DNA of 64,000 bases, from NCBI GenBank assembly GCA_965242865.1, contig CBDETK010000013.1, positions 4,320,001 through 4,384,000 of the forward strand, written 5' to 3'. Of this stretch, positions 9,467-19,333 are shown piece after piece. The position numbers and the translations under genes are program-made. Each line of letters begins with the position of its first letter. Position 1 is the stretch's first letter. The DNA is from Candidatus Latescibacterota bacterium (GTDB taxonomy: Bacteria > Latescibacterota > UBA2968 > UBA8231). The notes beneath the pieces were generated by a model. The model ran no database searches, was not told where the DNA came from, and was given only the letters and a program-made list of their open reading frames with translations.

Positions 9467-12121
9467 CTATTGCAATCCGGCAAACATGCTCAGAAACAGC
9501 ACCAGATCGGTCGTCGTCTCGTCGCGGAAATCGCGCCGCTCCCAGCGCCCGCCGATGTTGGTCATCAGGCGATAGCCCAGATAGTCCGAGCGATTGGATA
9601 GCTGGGCGGCAATCACGAACTGTTCAAAATCATCTACATATCCGGCGGGCAGTGGATCGGTGCGCGCGACCATATTCCTGAAAATCTCGTACTCGATGCC
9701 GGCCTCCAAGCGCATCGTACTGAGCAGCTCCTGCTGCCACACGAAGAAGAAAATTTCCGATAGCTCGTTATTGGCCAGCTCGTTTTTATTGGTGGGCGAG
9801 CGCCGCTTGTAGAGCTGTTTCCACTTGGGCCACAGCACGTGCTTACCCACCGGAATGGGCAGGTCCGCCTTGGTGATCAGCGCGAGGAGTTGCTCGTCCT
9901 GCCAGTTCGCTGGCGGCGGATCTCCGCGCTGCTGATAGAACTCGTACTTCAGCTTGGTTGCCAGATTGAGCGGGGCGTATTTGCGGGTTCGCGCACTCAG
10001 GAAGGTGGTGTTGATCAGCGCATTCTGTGCAATCATGGGATCGACGAAGGGGCGCATATCGCCCCGCGTGCGCGGACTCTGCACCCACAGAATGATGTTG
10101 TCGGGAATGTTATCCTCGACGCGGCGAAGGCCATTGTAGAGCTGGACCTGCAAACCATGCCGAGGCACCTCGTGAGTCAGAGTGAACAGACCGTAGAGCG
10201 ACTTGTTGCGGCGATTGCTGCTCAGCAGCCACTCGCGCATGCGCCCGACCATTATGCGACTGCCCGGCTTGAGTTCGACGCCACCGTAGAAGTTGTAACC
10301 GCGGTGGTCGCGAGGATACGGGTAGTCCGCTTCCTCGTCGTTCTCAAAGCGGTCGATCACGGTATTGTTGTTCATGTCCGTGCCGTAGAGAAAGTCGAGT
10401 GGCTCGACGTCGTAGCGCACAAAGGGTTCTAGATAGTCCGGCATGCCGTTGTCGTTCTGATTGAAATCCGACACTAAGTCGTTGTTCTCGTCGTAGCCGG
10501 GAAAGACGGCCACGTCGGCCCGCTGGATCAGCAGGCGCTCCGACGAGGAGCTGCTGAAGGCGCGCCGGCGCCAGTCGGGAAAGCGGTCTTGGTCGTCGTT
10601 GTCATCGACGAATTCATAGACGTTGTTCACAGCACTTTCGTAGTTGATGCGCCCGTTGCTGTCGGGCACGAACATAAATGTTTGATAGCCCGGATCCATG
10701 CTAAAAATTTCGCCATAAGCAAACCACGGGTACACATTGTGCGACGCCGTTGCATAGTAGCCCTCTGCGCTCTCTTTCCCCAGCGCCTGATTGTAGGTGA
10801 AGTTCTGGTTGGGGAAGCGGCGGTACTTGCGGTTAATGTTGTATTCGGCACGCAAGTTAAACCCGCCGAAGAGGTCGTCGATTTCCATGGTGAGACCGGC
10901 GACCTCGTTGGCTGTCGGCAAGCCGTAGCTAAAGCGCACCACGCGCTGGTTGGAGCCGTCCTTGATGTTTTTCGCTGCCCGGGTGACTGGCAAAAATACA
11001 GGCTCACCCGTGTTGTTGACCTGCATATTGGAGGTGACTTCAACGGCGTAGTCATTGGCTAGGACCAATTCGATCTCGATCTGTTTAATTTCCTTGAAGT
11101 CGATGATCTCGTCTTCCCCGGGAATGGGCGTGAAGTCGCGCTCGATGTCGTAGGTAATGATGATGTTGTTGCCGCCGCTGGCCTCCCAGCGTCCCTGCCG
11201 CCGGATGCCGCCATCTACCAGTGCTCGGTCGGAAATTTCGGGATGCTCCACGCCATTGATGTACACGCGGTGCAAAAAGAGCAACGCCCCGCCTTCACCG
11301 TCCTCGGGTGAATCGTCGGACAGACGCACTAGGAGGCGCTGCACGTTGCCCGCCTGCAGGTTGCCGCCGAGCGTGCCCTTGAGCGAGTTGTTGCCAAAGC
11401 TCTCCGAGCTGTTCCAGTGGCCGGCGTTGACGTAAGTGGTGCCCAGCCTAATAAAATCGCCGATCTGAGCCGTGCCGCGCAGACCGAGCAGATTGGTGAA
11501 GATCGTCCGCACCGTAGCCCCTTGGTCGCGGTTAGTCGCCGTGGCGGCTAAAGCGGGGTTGTCCGTGCGCGAGGCGAGTAGCGTTAGGGCGTATTTGTCG
11601 GAGAGGAAATCCCACTGCAAGCCGTTGAACAGCGGCTTGGAAAAGGTCATCGGCGTCAGGGTGGTCCTTAGCTGCTCGCCCACGGTCAACGCGATATGGT
11701 ATTGGCCCTGCGACGCCGTTGAAATGACGAGGTTGTTGAACCAGTTGTTGAACTCCACAGACTTGTCGATCGCACTGCCCGTTTCCGTGGGGTGCTGCTG
11801 CGCCCACTCGTAGATCTTCCAGCCTCGCGTGATGTAATTGCCGTAGAGATCGTAAAATCGTTGGCCTTGCAGCACGATGTCGGTATAGCGCTCGTAGCGA
11901 TCCTTGGCGTAGTTGGTGTACTCCCAGTTTTTCCATCCGTAAATATCGTAGAGCGTCTGGGGCAGATACCATTTCCGCATCGTCGGCGTGATGGTCTGGG
12001 GTGCTATCCGCACCCCACTGGTTATATAAGGGTTGAGAAAGCCCGATTGCAGGCCTTCGGCTAACACTCCACCGGCCAAAAGACAACCCGTTAGCAGAGC
12101 ACCGAAAAACTTCCGGCCCAT
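9467..12121 (-). CDS. Large exported hypothetical protein (884 aa), acidic Ca-binding-like loops, possible outer-membrane beta-barrel
   Basis: Signal peptide (VLA|E), GGAGG RBS; DDNDDQD, DENND, DFNQNDNG, DMNNN motifs; alternating-pattern strands near the C-terminus; paralogue at 63301. Confidence 0.8.
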   Translation of the reverse strand: MGRKFFGALLTGCLLAGGVLAEGLQSGFLNPYITSGVRIAPQTITPTMRKWYLPQTLYDIYGWKNWEYTNYAKDRYERYTDIVLQGQRFYDLYGNYITRGWKIYEWAQQHPTETGSAIDKSVEFNNWFNNLVISTASQGQYHIALTVGEQLRTTLTPMTFSKPLFNGLQWDFLSDKYALTLLASRTDNPALAATATNRDQGATVRTIFTNLLGLRGTAQIGDFIRLGTTYVNAGHWNSSESFGNNSLKGTLGGNLQAGNVQRLLVRLSDDSPEDGEGGALLFLHRVYINGVEHPEISDRALVDGGIRRQGRWEASGGNNIIITYDIERDFTPIPGEDEIIDFKEIKQIEIELVLANDYAVEVTSNMQVNNTGEPVFLPVTRAAKNIKDGSNQRVVRFSYGLPTANEVAGLTMEIDDLFGGFNLRAEYNINRKYRRFPNQNFTYNQALGKESAEGYYATASHNVYPWFAYGEIFSMDPGYQTFMFVPDSNGRINYESAVNNVYEFVDDNDDQDRFPDWRRRAFSSSSSERLLIQRADVAVFPGYDENNDLVSDFNQNDNGMPDYLEPFVRYDVEPLDFLYGTDMNNNTVIDRFENDEEADYPYPRDHRGYNFYGGVELKPGSRIMVGRMREWLLSSNRRNKSLYGLFTLTHEVPRHGLQVQLYNGLRRVEDNIPDNIILWVQSPRTRGDMRPFVDPMIAQNALINTTFLSARTRKYAPLNLATKLKYEFYQQRGDPPPANWQDEQLLALITKADLPIPVGKHVLWPKWKQLYKRRSPTNKNELANNELSEIFFFVWQQELLSTMRLEAGIEYEIFRNMVARTDPLPAGYVDDFEQFVIAAQLSNRSDYLGYRLMTNIGGRWERRDFRDETTTDLVLFLSMFAGLQ

Positions 12122-12162
12122 TTGTTCCCTCCCTTTTTACCGCTGTGCAACACGGACGTTTG

Positions 12163-14475
12163 TTAATAGGCCAAACTAAGGGTGCGATATACCGACTGGT
12201 CTCCAGAGTCGGCTTCTAGCTGGATGCGGCAGATATACACCCCGGGTGGTAAAACCGCTCCCGCATCGTCCCGGCCATCCCACGCAAAACCCGTGACGCC
12301 TTGGTCGAGCGTCCGTAGGTGCGATCCGGTTAGGTCGTAAATATCTACGTTGGGATGGCCCTCAACTTGGACGACGATAAAGTTGATTCGCGCTTCGTCG
12401 TTTACGCCATCGCCGTTGGGCGTGACGACCGGAGTCACCTGCACATTGCGCAGCAAAACTCCACCGGGCACCTCGGGCACAAAGACTATCATTGAGCGCG
12501 GCTCCAAGGGTTCGACGCCTTGGCGCACATTCTGCTGGCTGTCCCCGGCCCAAGCCTCAAAGAGAGTGGCATTGGCCGTTACCTGCGCGGTAAACAGCAC
12601 TTCCACTGAATCCGCCCGCACTCGCTCCGGCAATCCGACCCTTAGCAGCCCGTCCGCCAATTCAACTTCCCTCGGCTGCACCCGCTGGCCGCCGACTCGG
12701 ACGCCCACCTCTTGCACCGCGCCCGGCACTTGGATAAAGACCTCGTCAAAGCCTTGGTCGTTGCGCACAAAGGTCGGTTGCAGCAAATACGTAAAGCGCT
12801 GCAGCGAATCTAGCCCGACCTCGCGCGGCAATATGCGCGCCGCAATGCCACCGCTGACGAGCGGGTCGTCGAATTCCAGCGTCAGGGAGCGCAGCACCGG
12901 CGTTAGTTGCGGATCGTCGTTGGCCAGTCGAACCTGCAGTTGCAGAAATTGTCTGGGCGTGGGCGAGAGGAAGGCCTCCGCGGGAAAATCGTAAGGCTGG
13001 CTCCAGCCGCTCCAGTCCGGCCCTTTGAGCTTGAGGATGTCGATGCGCCCGCGCACGCTCTTGGGCAGCTTACCAAAACGGGCCGAATCCAGTTCCGTGC
13101 CGTTTTTGTGGTAGTACTTCTTCAGCAATTCAAAGGTATTGCCCGTCTGCGAGCGAATTTCGATTTGCGTACCGGCGGGTAAATCGGCGTCCCACGACAG
13201 CTTGCTCACGCTCTTCATGGCTCCTAGGTCAATGAAGTCCGACACCATTTCCGTCGCCGCCACGTGCCCTTCGCCGTGGAGGATGTATTCAAAAACCGAC
13301 TGGCGGATCTGTAGGCGAGCCGGAATGCCGCTGCGGTGGTAGAAGATGTAGCGGATTTTCCGCAGCGGGAATGCAAAGTGATACGACTGCTGGAAGGGCA
13401 GTATGTCGTTGAATACGTCGCTGAGTTCTTGGTAGTCAAAGTTGCTGCGGATGCGGTCGCTAGTCAGGCCGCTGGCCGGCGTGCCGTCGGAGGTGGTGAG
13501 GACAAATAGCTTGGCTCCGTTGGATGTGCTGCCGCGAGACCCTTCTTCGACCGTCAGGTCTAGGTGGGAAAGGTGGTCCACCCAGAACGTGGCCCCCAAA
13601 TCCCATTCAAACCAATCGCCGTCTTCGACGTAGGTCCTGAGATTGCCCTCCTTGGCTTGATCGCCGCCGACCGCAACCCGCCAGTTGGTATTGATATCCC
13701 CGTCAAAGATCGCCCCGATCTTATCGCCGCTCCGCCCCGCTCGCACCGACCCGCCCCGTTCCACCGTATTTATGGCGAGGTTATCTCCGAGTGCATCCAC
13801 TTCGATCTCAGCCAGCGCCGCGCCCGGATTTTTTTCCGTGGGCACGAGGCGCACGTGATGGACGAGGGCAAAGTCTAGCGTGTCTTGCTCAATGAGATGT
13901 TCGCCGCTGGCCTGACCGAACTCAATTCGCGTTAGATCGACCTCGAAAATGCGCTCCACATTGGGTTTTGTCGTGATGGCGACTGGATTGTAGGTTACGC
14001 CAAAACGAGTATCTACTCCGTTGCTTATGTAAGCAGTGAAATTGCGAAAGGGCTTGGCGTCGAGTTCGTCTGGAAAGACTAAGCGCAACTTGCGCGCCAA
14101 TACCGGCCGACCGAGGTCGATTTCGATCCACCAATTTTCCAGCGGATCGTCGGCGGATGGCTGCCACCAAGTCGATGGGTCTTGGTCGATGATGTTAGCC
14201 GCATCTTGGGCGTTTGAGTTGACTTGGCGGATGCCCCCAAAAACCTGTTTCTTGCCCTCACTATGGGAAAACTCTGCGGCATCGGCCACGGCGTTTATAT
14301 TGCGGCGCATCCGCGCTAGGCGAATGCTGCCGTCGGTGGCAATTTCCAGCGTCCCCTTGGGAATGGCCCATGTCTGCCAGTCCGCGGGGCTACTCAGGTG
14401 CAGTTCGTCGGCATAGGCACCGGCTGCACACAAGGTGGCGACGAACAAAAGGCGAGTCGCAGCAAATGTTCTCAT
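12163..14475 (-). CDS. Exported protein with discoidin-like domains and C-terminal TPNGDG/FlgD-Ig domain (paralogue 3)
   Basis: Start reassigned to ATG 14475 (GAGGA RBS, signal MRTFAATRLL..AYA|D); WWIEIDLG, TPNGDGVND, WDGRDDAG..LPPGVY, ends LAY. Confidence 0.82.
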   Translation of the reverse strand: MRTFAATRLLFVATLCAAGAYADELHLSSPADWQTWAIPKGTLEIATDGSIRLARMRRNINAVADAAEFSHSEGKKQVFGGIRQVNSNAQDAANIIDQDPSTWWQPSADDPLENWWIEIDLGRPVLARKLRLVFPDELDAKPFRNFTAYISNGVDTRFGVTYNPVAITTKPNVERIFEVDLTRIEFGQASGEHLIEQDTLDFALVHHVRLVPTEKNPGAALAEIEVDALGDNLAINTVERGGSVRAGRSGDKIGAIFDGDINTNWRVAVGGDQAKEGNLRTYVEDGDWFEWDLGATFWVDHLSHLDLTVEEGSRGSTSNGAKLFVLTTSDGTPASGLTSDRIRSNFDYQELSDVFNDILPFQQSYHFAFPLRKIRYIFYHRSGIPARLQIRQSVFEYILHGEGHVAATEMVSDFIDLGAMKSVSKLSWDADLPAGTQIEIRSQTGNTFELLKKYYHKNGTELDSARFGKLPKSVRGRIDILKLKGPDWSGWSQPYDFPAEAFLSPTPRQFLQLQVRLANDDPQLTPVLRSLTLEFDDPLVSGGIAARILPREVGLDSLQRFTYLLQPTFVRNDQGFDEVFIQVPGAVQEVGVRVGGQRVQPREVELADGLLRVGLPERVRADSVEVLFTAQVTANATLFEAWAGDSQQNVRQGVEPLEPRSMIVFVPEVPGGVLLRNVQVTPVVTPNGDGVNDEARINFIVVQVEGHPNVDIYDLTGSHLRTLDQGVTGFAWDGRDDAGAVLPPGVYICRIQLEADSGDQSVYRTLSLAY

Positions 14476-14494
14476 GGTACATCCTCGAAAGCGT

Positions 14495-16444
14495 TTAGTA
14501 GGCCACCGCAATGACGTGCGTGCGCGTGAAGTCGCCTGCATCCGTCTCGACGGAAAGTCGGGCGAGGTATAAGCCCGGTGCGACATGCTCCGCCCCCTCT
14601 CCCCGTCCGTCCCACTCTTCGACGTAACGTCCTTCGCTTCTAAAATCGGCCGATAGCGTTCGCACTTTGCGCCCGCGCAAATCGTAGATTTCAAAGACCA
14701 CTTGGCTGGCTTGGACGCCGAGCAGTGAATAGGCCAGTTCAAGGGTGTCGTTGCGCCCGTCGCCATTCGGTGTCACTACGGTTGACCCCACATCTAATGC
14801 GCTCAGCACATCTAACTCCGTGCTCAGTGCCAGCACCTCGATGGAATTGGTCGATACCGCTGCGTTGGCATCGCCGGGATCGATAGATTGGGGCTGTCCT
14901 TCCCCCCCCACGACAAACACCTCGCCCTGAAACAGCGCATTAAAACTGAAGACGCCCGTTTTGAACAGCAGCCGCAACGGCCTATTGTCTTCGGCCACGA
15001 TGCGGTTGGACGGAAAGTAGATGATCAGTTCCCCCTGTTTTTCCGCGATGCTGTCGGGCACCACCGCGACCAAGGGATCGCCCATTTCCAGTCCGATAAA
15101 CTGGGCGCGGGCCGGGGTTTGCAGCCTCAAAGCGTCAAAACCCGACTTGGTCGCTGACTCAAAGGCGGCCCGCACGTCAAACGTGAAGACGCGCTCCTCG
15201 CCCAAGGGCACTTCCGTCTTGCGTCCAAGCGGCTGTGGCTCGTCCTGTAATGCGACCTCTCCGACAATTGCATCGACCAGCAAAGGCGAGTATTCGACGA
15301 CCAGCGAATCCATCCGGCTGTACGTGAACAAATCCTCGCTCTCCATCGTGAAATTGACTTTGAGGTACTGCCGATTATCCGGCGAAAGGATCTCGATGGC
15401 CTCGCCGCCAGACGCTTTTTGCGGCACCGACCAGAAGCTCCAGTTATCTACATCGGGCCGCTCAGGTCCCCGCGCTCCAGGGCGCACATAATCGTCGCGC
15501 GGTGCTCTATCCCATTTGGCAAAACTCACTTCGCGTTCGGTCCTCAGCTCGGTGTAGATGGTGTAGATGTATGGCGTATCGTCCCGGCCGGTCTGTGTTT
15601 CCAGCGAAAAGGAGATGGGATTTTCTGCCAAAAGTTCGGATTCGCTGTCGATGCTCTCTTTGGCGAACCCATTGAAATAAGGGATGACCCGCCCTAAGTT
15701 GACCGGCTCGCCGATGTCGATCACCTTGGAGATGTATTGCGATTTTTGCACAAAGCCCTCGCCATAAAACTCCACCTCGGCGATAACGCCTAGTTCTGGG
15801 AAGTTTAGAAAAATGAACTGCAAGGGCTGGGTGGGAAAACGAGCATTGGCAATGCGCGTGGTTTGGTTGAGATTCTGCTCTAGTAAAAGGTCGAATTGCC
15901 CCTGCTTAAAGTGCTCTCCATCAATTGCAGCCCAAACTTCGTACAGCTTGGGATAGGCGTTTTTGAGCGGTAAACCCGGGGTGATCCGCTTGCGGTCATC
16001 GGTCTGAGTGCGCCCTTCTGCTGGGGGAAAAAAGCGGATGCGTTTGATGGGCAATTCCCAACCTAGGTTGTAGTAATAATAGCCGGAGACAATGGCCACG
16101 GACCGGGTCGTGTCACCATCGACTGTCTGTTGAAAGCCGTTGTCTCCCAAGACCTCGGGCTGGCCGGGAATGAGGCGTGCGGCCTGCGGCCCGGCCCGCT
16201 CTCCCCCCCAGACGTTGCCGAAAACATCGGTGCGCGAGCTACCCTTCTTCTCGCCCAGCGCGATATTGACCGCTGGGTCCAATTCGTAGGGCTGTAGGCT
16301 GCCATCTACGACCCACATACCGCCCATCAACTCTGCTAGGTCTTCCCAGCCGTTGTCGCCGGTGCCGAGCACCAATCGCTCTACCTGTGCTGCTGCAAAA
16401 CAAGGGGCCAAGAGCAAAAGAGCTAGTGCCGCTGTGTGCTTCAT
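14495..16444 (-). CDS. Exported protein with C-terminal TPNGDG/FlgD-Ig domain (paralogue 2)
   Basis: Signal peptide AAA|Q; EVEFYGEGF, WSFWS, TPNGDGRND, IYDLRGRKVRTL, WDG..APGLY, ends VAY. Confidence 0.85.
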   Translation of the reverse strand: MKHTAALALLLLAPCFAAAQVERLVLGTGDNGWEDLAELMGGMWVVDGSLQPYELDPAVNIALGEKKGSSRTDVFGNVWGGERAGPQAARLIPGQPEVLGDNGFQQTVDGDTTRSVAIVSGYYYYNLGWELPIKRIRFFPPAEGRTQTDDRKRITPGLPLKNAYPKLYEVWAAIDGEHFKQGQFDLLLEQNLNQTTRIANARFPTQPLQFIFLNFPELGVIAEVEFYGEGFVQKSQYISKVIDIGEPVNLGRVIPYFNGFAKESIDSESELLAENPISFSLETQTGRDDTPYIYTIYTELRTEREVSFAKWDRAPRDDYVRPGARGPERPDVDNWSFWSVPQKASGGEAIEILSPDNRQYLKVNFTMESEDLFTYSRMDSLVVEYSPLLVDAIVGEVALQDEPQPLGRKTEVPLGEERVFTFDVRAAFESATKSGFDALRLQTPARAQFIGLEMGDPLVAVVPDSIAEKQGELIIYFPSNRIVAEDNRPLRLLFKTGVFSFNALFQGEVFVVGGEGQPQSIDPGDANAAVSTNSIEVLALSTELDVLSALDVGSTVVTPNGDGRNDTLELAYSLLGVQASQVVFEIYDLRGRKVRTLSADFRSEGRYVEEWDGRGEGAEHVAPGLYLARLSVETDAGDFTRTHVIAVAY

Positions 16445-16475
16445 GCTCAGTTTCTCGCGTTTGATGGGTATTACA

Positions 16476-18383
16476 TCAATAGGCCACGTGGATCAGGCGC
16501 GTGCGCTGGACTTCGTCGGCCGCCGCTTCTACCAAAGCTCGGGCGATGTAGGTCCCCGGTGGCACTTGAGTGCCGGCATTGTTCGTTCCGTCCCAGTGCC
16601 ACTGGGTATAACGTCCGGCGGTCAGTGCATCGGAGAGCACGTTTTTTATCAATCGCCCCGAAAGATCGTACACGAGGAGTTCGGTCGCGGCGGGCTGCAC
16701 CAAATGGATGAGCACAAAGGAGAAGACGGACGCATCGTTTATGCCATCGCCGTTGGGCGTTATAATCGGCGGGGCAACGGAAAAGGACTGCAACACGCTT
16801 TCGCCGCTGGCGAGGAAAATCACCTCCTGCGAATCCGTGCCCACTTCCCGCGTTGCGTCGCCCTCGGCAATGCGCTGGGGAAGGCTGCCGGTCGTATCCA
16901 GAAGCTGTCCCGTAAACTGAGTCGCAAAGAGCAGGGCCTGCGAGCGAAACGTAATCCGCAGACGCACATCTTGGCCGGTGCTAATGCGCCGGGACGGGAA
17001 ATAAACGCGCAAACCCGTGTCGTCTAAGCGCACGCTATCCGGCGGGGTCTCCGCCAGTTCGTCTCCCATTTCGAGCTTGAGAAACTCGGGCTGTCTCAGC
17101 GTTGAGATGCGCACGCCGTCAAAGCCCGTTCCGTCGCCTAAGTCGGCCCTTATGTCGTAGGTAAAAACCGTATCCCGGCCGGCCGGAACGGACGCGCGCC
17201 CACCGGCCGGAAAGGGATCGTCCAATAGGGCTACTTCGCTCAGTGCCAGCGCGGCCAGCGGCGGCGTATGCACGATGGCCAAACTATCGACCTGCATGCT
17301 CGCGGAGGTATTGCCTTCAAAGCGCAGACGCACCTGAAAAAAATCGCGCGGCCCCGGTAGATCCAGCGGAATGGAGTACGTGCCGCTGGAGTCGGCGATG
17401 AGTGGCTCCGTCCAAGAGGACCAGTGCGTGGCGTCCGGGCGAATGCTGCCCTTGAGGATCGACGGTAGATCGTCGTACTCTTCTTTGCTGACCAACACTT
17501 CCGACTGGGTTTCTACGTCGGCGATCTGGTAGTAGTCGAGCGGGGTTTCATCGACGCCGTTGCGCATCTGCACGATCACCCGCACAGGCTCATCGGCACC
17601 CGCGTTGCTTTCGCTCGCCTCAGACAGCGAAACTTTGCGGGCGCGAAAACTCAAGGCGCCGTAGTTGACAGGCTGGGCAAACTGGACGAGCTGGGTTTCG
17701 TAGAGCCCGCGCGGCACAAAGCCTTCGCCGTGGACCTCGATTTCCGCCAGTTCAAAGGGGTTCGGTGAAAGCACTCTGAGCTGAATAAAGCGCACCAGTT
17801 GGGTTGGGAAGCGCACATCTACTCTTGGGTCGCGGTTGATGGTCACTTGGCGCACGGCCTCGTAAACGGGCGAGTCATTGGCGTCGAAAGTACGCCCGTC
17901 ATTGAGTGATATTTCGTAGCCAGCGACGAACTCATCCTCTCCTTCACGGGGATAAAAAACAACCTGGCTAACTGGAAACGAAGCCCCGAGATCGAGAAAA
18001 AAAATGCGACCGCGCTGATTGACCCCCACTTCCTTAAAGCGATTTTCCGTGCTGGTCGCGCCATCCCCATCGACGAGGACCTCAGACCCCTCAATGCCCC
18101 GCGCCGAATTGTTCCACACCCGTCCGTTGCCTTCGGCGATAAAGCTGCTGGGTGCGCCGACCCCCCAGACGATGAACTGTGTTATATTTTGTTCCAGCGA
18201 AAAGCTGGCCGGCCCCAAGACCTGTCCGGCTCCTACGACGACCCCCGCCATAGTCTGCGCCGGCTCCTCCCAGACTTGCCCACCCAAGCCGACTCCCCAG
18301 ACATCGGCTCGCAGTTCCGCTGGCCTAATGCAGAACGACAGGGCCAGCCCGACCAAAGCAGTTCGCCCAAAGGAAGCCATCAT
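16476..18383 (-). CDS. Exported protein with discoidin-like and C-terminal TPNGDG/FlgD-Ig domain (paralogue 1)
   Basis: Signal peptide; FLDLGASFPV, EIEVHGEGF, WSSWT, TPNGDGIND, VYDLSGRLIK, WDG..VPPGTY, ends VAY. Confidence 0.85.
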   Translation of the reverse strand: MMASFGRTALVGLALSFCIRPAELRADVWGVGLGGQVWEEPAQTMAGVVVGAGQVLGPASFSLEQNITQFIVWGVGAPSSFIAEGNGRVWNNSARGIEGSEVLVDGDGATSTENRFKEVGVNQRGRIFFLDLGASFPVSQVVFYPREGEDEFVAGYEISLNDGRTFDANDSPVYEAVRQVTINRDPRVDVRFPTQLVRFIQLRVLSPNPFELAEIEVHGEGFVPRGLYETQLVQFAQPVNYGALSFRARKVSLSEASESNAGADEPVRVIVQMRNGVDETPLDYYQIADVETQSEVLVSKEEYDDLPSILKGSIRPDATHWSSWTEPLIADSSGTYSIPLDLPGPRDFFQVRLRFEGNTSASMQVDSLAIVHTPPLAALALSEVALLDDPFPAGGRASVPAGRDTVFTYDIRADLGDGTGFDGVRISTLRQPEFLKLEMGDELAETPPDSVRLDDTGLRVYFPSRRISTGQDVRLRITFRSQALLFATQFTGQLLDTTGSLPQRIAEGDATREVGTDSQEVIFLASGESVLQSFSVAPPIITPNGDGINDASVFSFVLIHLVQPAATELLVYDLSGRLIKNVLSDALTAGRYTQWHWDGTNNAGTQVPPGTYIARALVEAAADEVQRTRLIHVAY

Positions 18384-19243
18384 TGCCTATTTACCAGCTC
18401 GGGCGGTGGCTGAAACCCCTTAAACACCGCGCGCTGAAAGTGAAAGGTTAGATCTTTGGTCTCCACCGGCTCGTTGCGGTAGTTGTATCGCAATGCAATA
18501 TCTCGGATGTGGACGGAAAACTCCGTCACGTCGGGTGCCAGACTCGGAAAAACGACAAAACCCTCTGCCTCTTGGCCACTGAAGACGATCTGCTCCTGAA
18601 ACAGAGTGCGCCCGAGCACGTCTTCGCGCTCGTTAAAACGCCGGTATTCGTTGCCGGCATATCCCTGAATAAACGAATAGTAATACTCCAGAATCTGCAG
18701 TGGTTCTAAAGGTGCGTACTGGCGATACCCGTCCTTTGAAATCAGCTCGATTTTGAGGGGATCGACGCCGACTTTGGGGTAAGCGTAGTTTTTAACTTTT
18801 AGCAGCCATACGCTGTGTTTGGGCGGTGTCCACTCTTCGCCCATGCGCTTCCAGTTGCCGAAAGTATAGGGGTTGGTCGATGCGGGCCCTTGCGTGGATT
18901 GCTGTGGGAATTTGCGGTTCAATTCGGCGTCGGTCATGGGGCGCAGACCGATTTCCAGACGCTCGAATGAATAGGTGATCAGGCCATCGTCTTTAATGAC
19001 CATATCGGCTTCCTGCTGTCCCTGTGGAGCGGGCTGAATTGGCCCGTCGAAATAACGCCCGCATCCTGCCAACATCGCTAGGGAACAAAGCCACCAACCG
19101 AACCGTAAGTACGCGACCCTTGCTTTGCGTCCGCCTTTTCTGCTGTTCCCGTTGCGTCCGGGACCGCGGGCGTCCCGCCCTCGACGAGGGCAAGGTGACT
19201 GCGATCCTTGGAAGGCGGAGGGCTGGTGTCGCGTAGTAAACAT
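18380..19243 (-). CDS. Hypothetical lipoprotein
   Basis: LAGC lipobox after a hydrophobic stretch; stop overlaps the next start; start uncertain (ATG 19243 preferred, 19273 possible). Confidence 0.72.
   Translation of the reverse strand: MFTTRHQPSAFQGSQSPCPRRGRDARGPGRNGNSRKGGRKARVAYLRFGWWLCSLAMLAGCGRYFDGPIQPAPQGQQEADMVIKDDGLITYSFERLEIGLRPMTDAELNRKFPQQSTQGPASTNPYTFGNWKRMGEEWTPPKHSVWLLKVKNYAYPKVGVDPLKIELISKDGYRQYAPLEPLQILEYYYSFIQGYAGNEYRRFNEREDVLGRTLFQEQIVFSGQEAEGFVVFPSLAPDVTEFSVHIRDIALRYNYRNEPVETKDLTFHFQRAVFKGFQPPPELVNRQ
19137..19235 (-). repeat. Dispersed REP/MITE-like element, copy A
   Basis: First 34 nt match 32779-32812 at 29/34; contains GAGGGCGGGACGCCCGCGGTCCC palindromic core; ends AACAGCAGAAA as in copy B. 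Confidence 0.7.
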
Positions 19244-19281
19244 CGCATTAACCTTGGGAAGGGGACATTGCACTGGTGGTC

Positions 19282-19311
19282 ATTGGGCGGCGGCAGAGGC
19301 CGCCGCCCAAT
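19282..19311. promoter_or_regulatory. Intergenic 13-bp hairpin without U-tract (possible mRNA stabiliser/pause)
   Basis: ATTGGGCGGCGGC-AGAG-GCCGCCGCCCAAT just downstream of the 308-aa gene. Confidence 0.55.
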
Positions 19312-19333
19312 CTGTGGCCAAAGGACCGTTCGG

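Noticed and set aside
12163-18383. Flagellar hook-cap (flgD) genes
   Set aside because: The FlgD-Ig-like region is only a C-terminal module on Sec-signal proteins; no flagellar genes nearby
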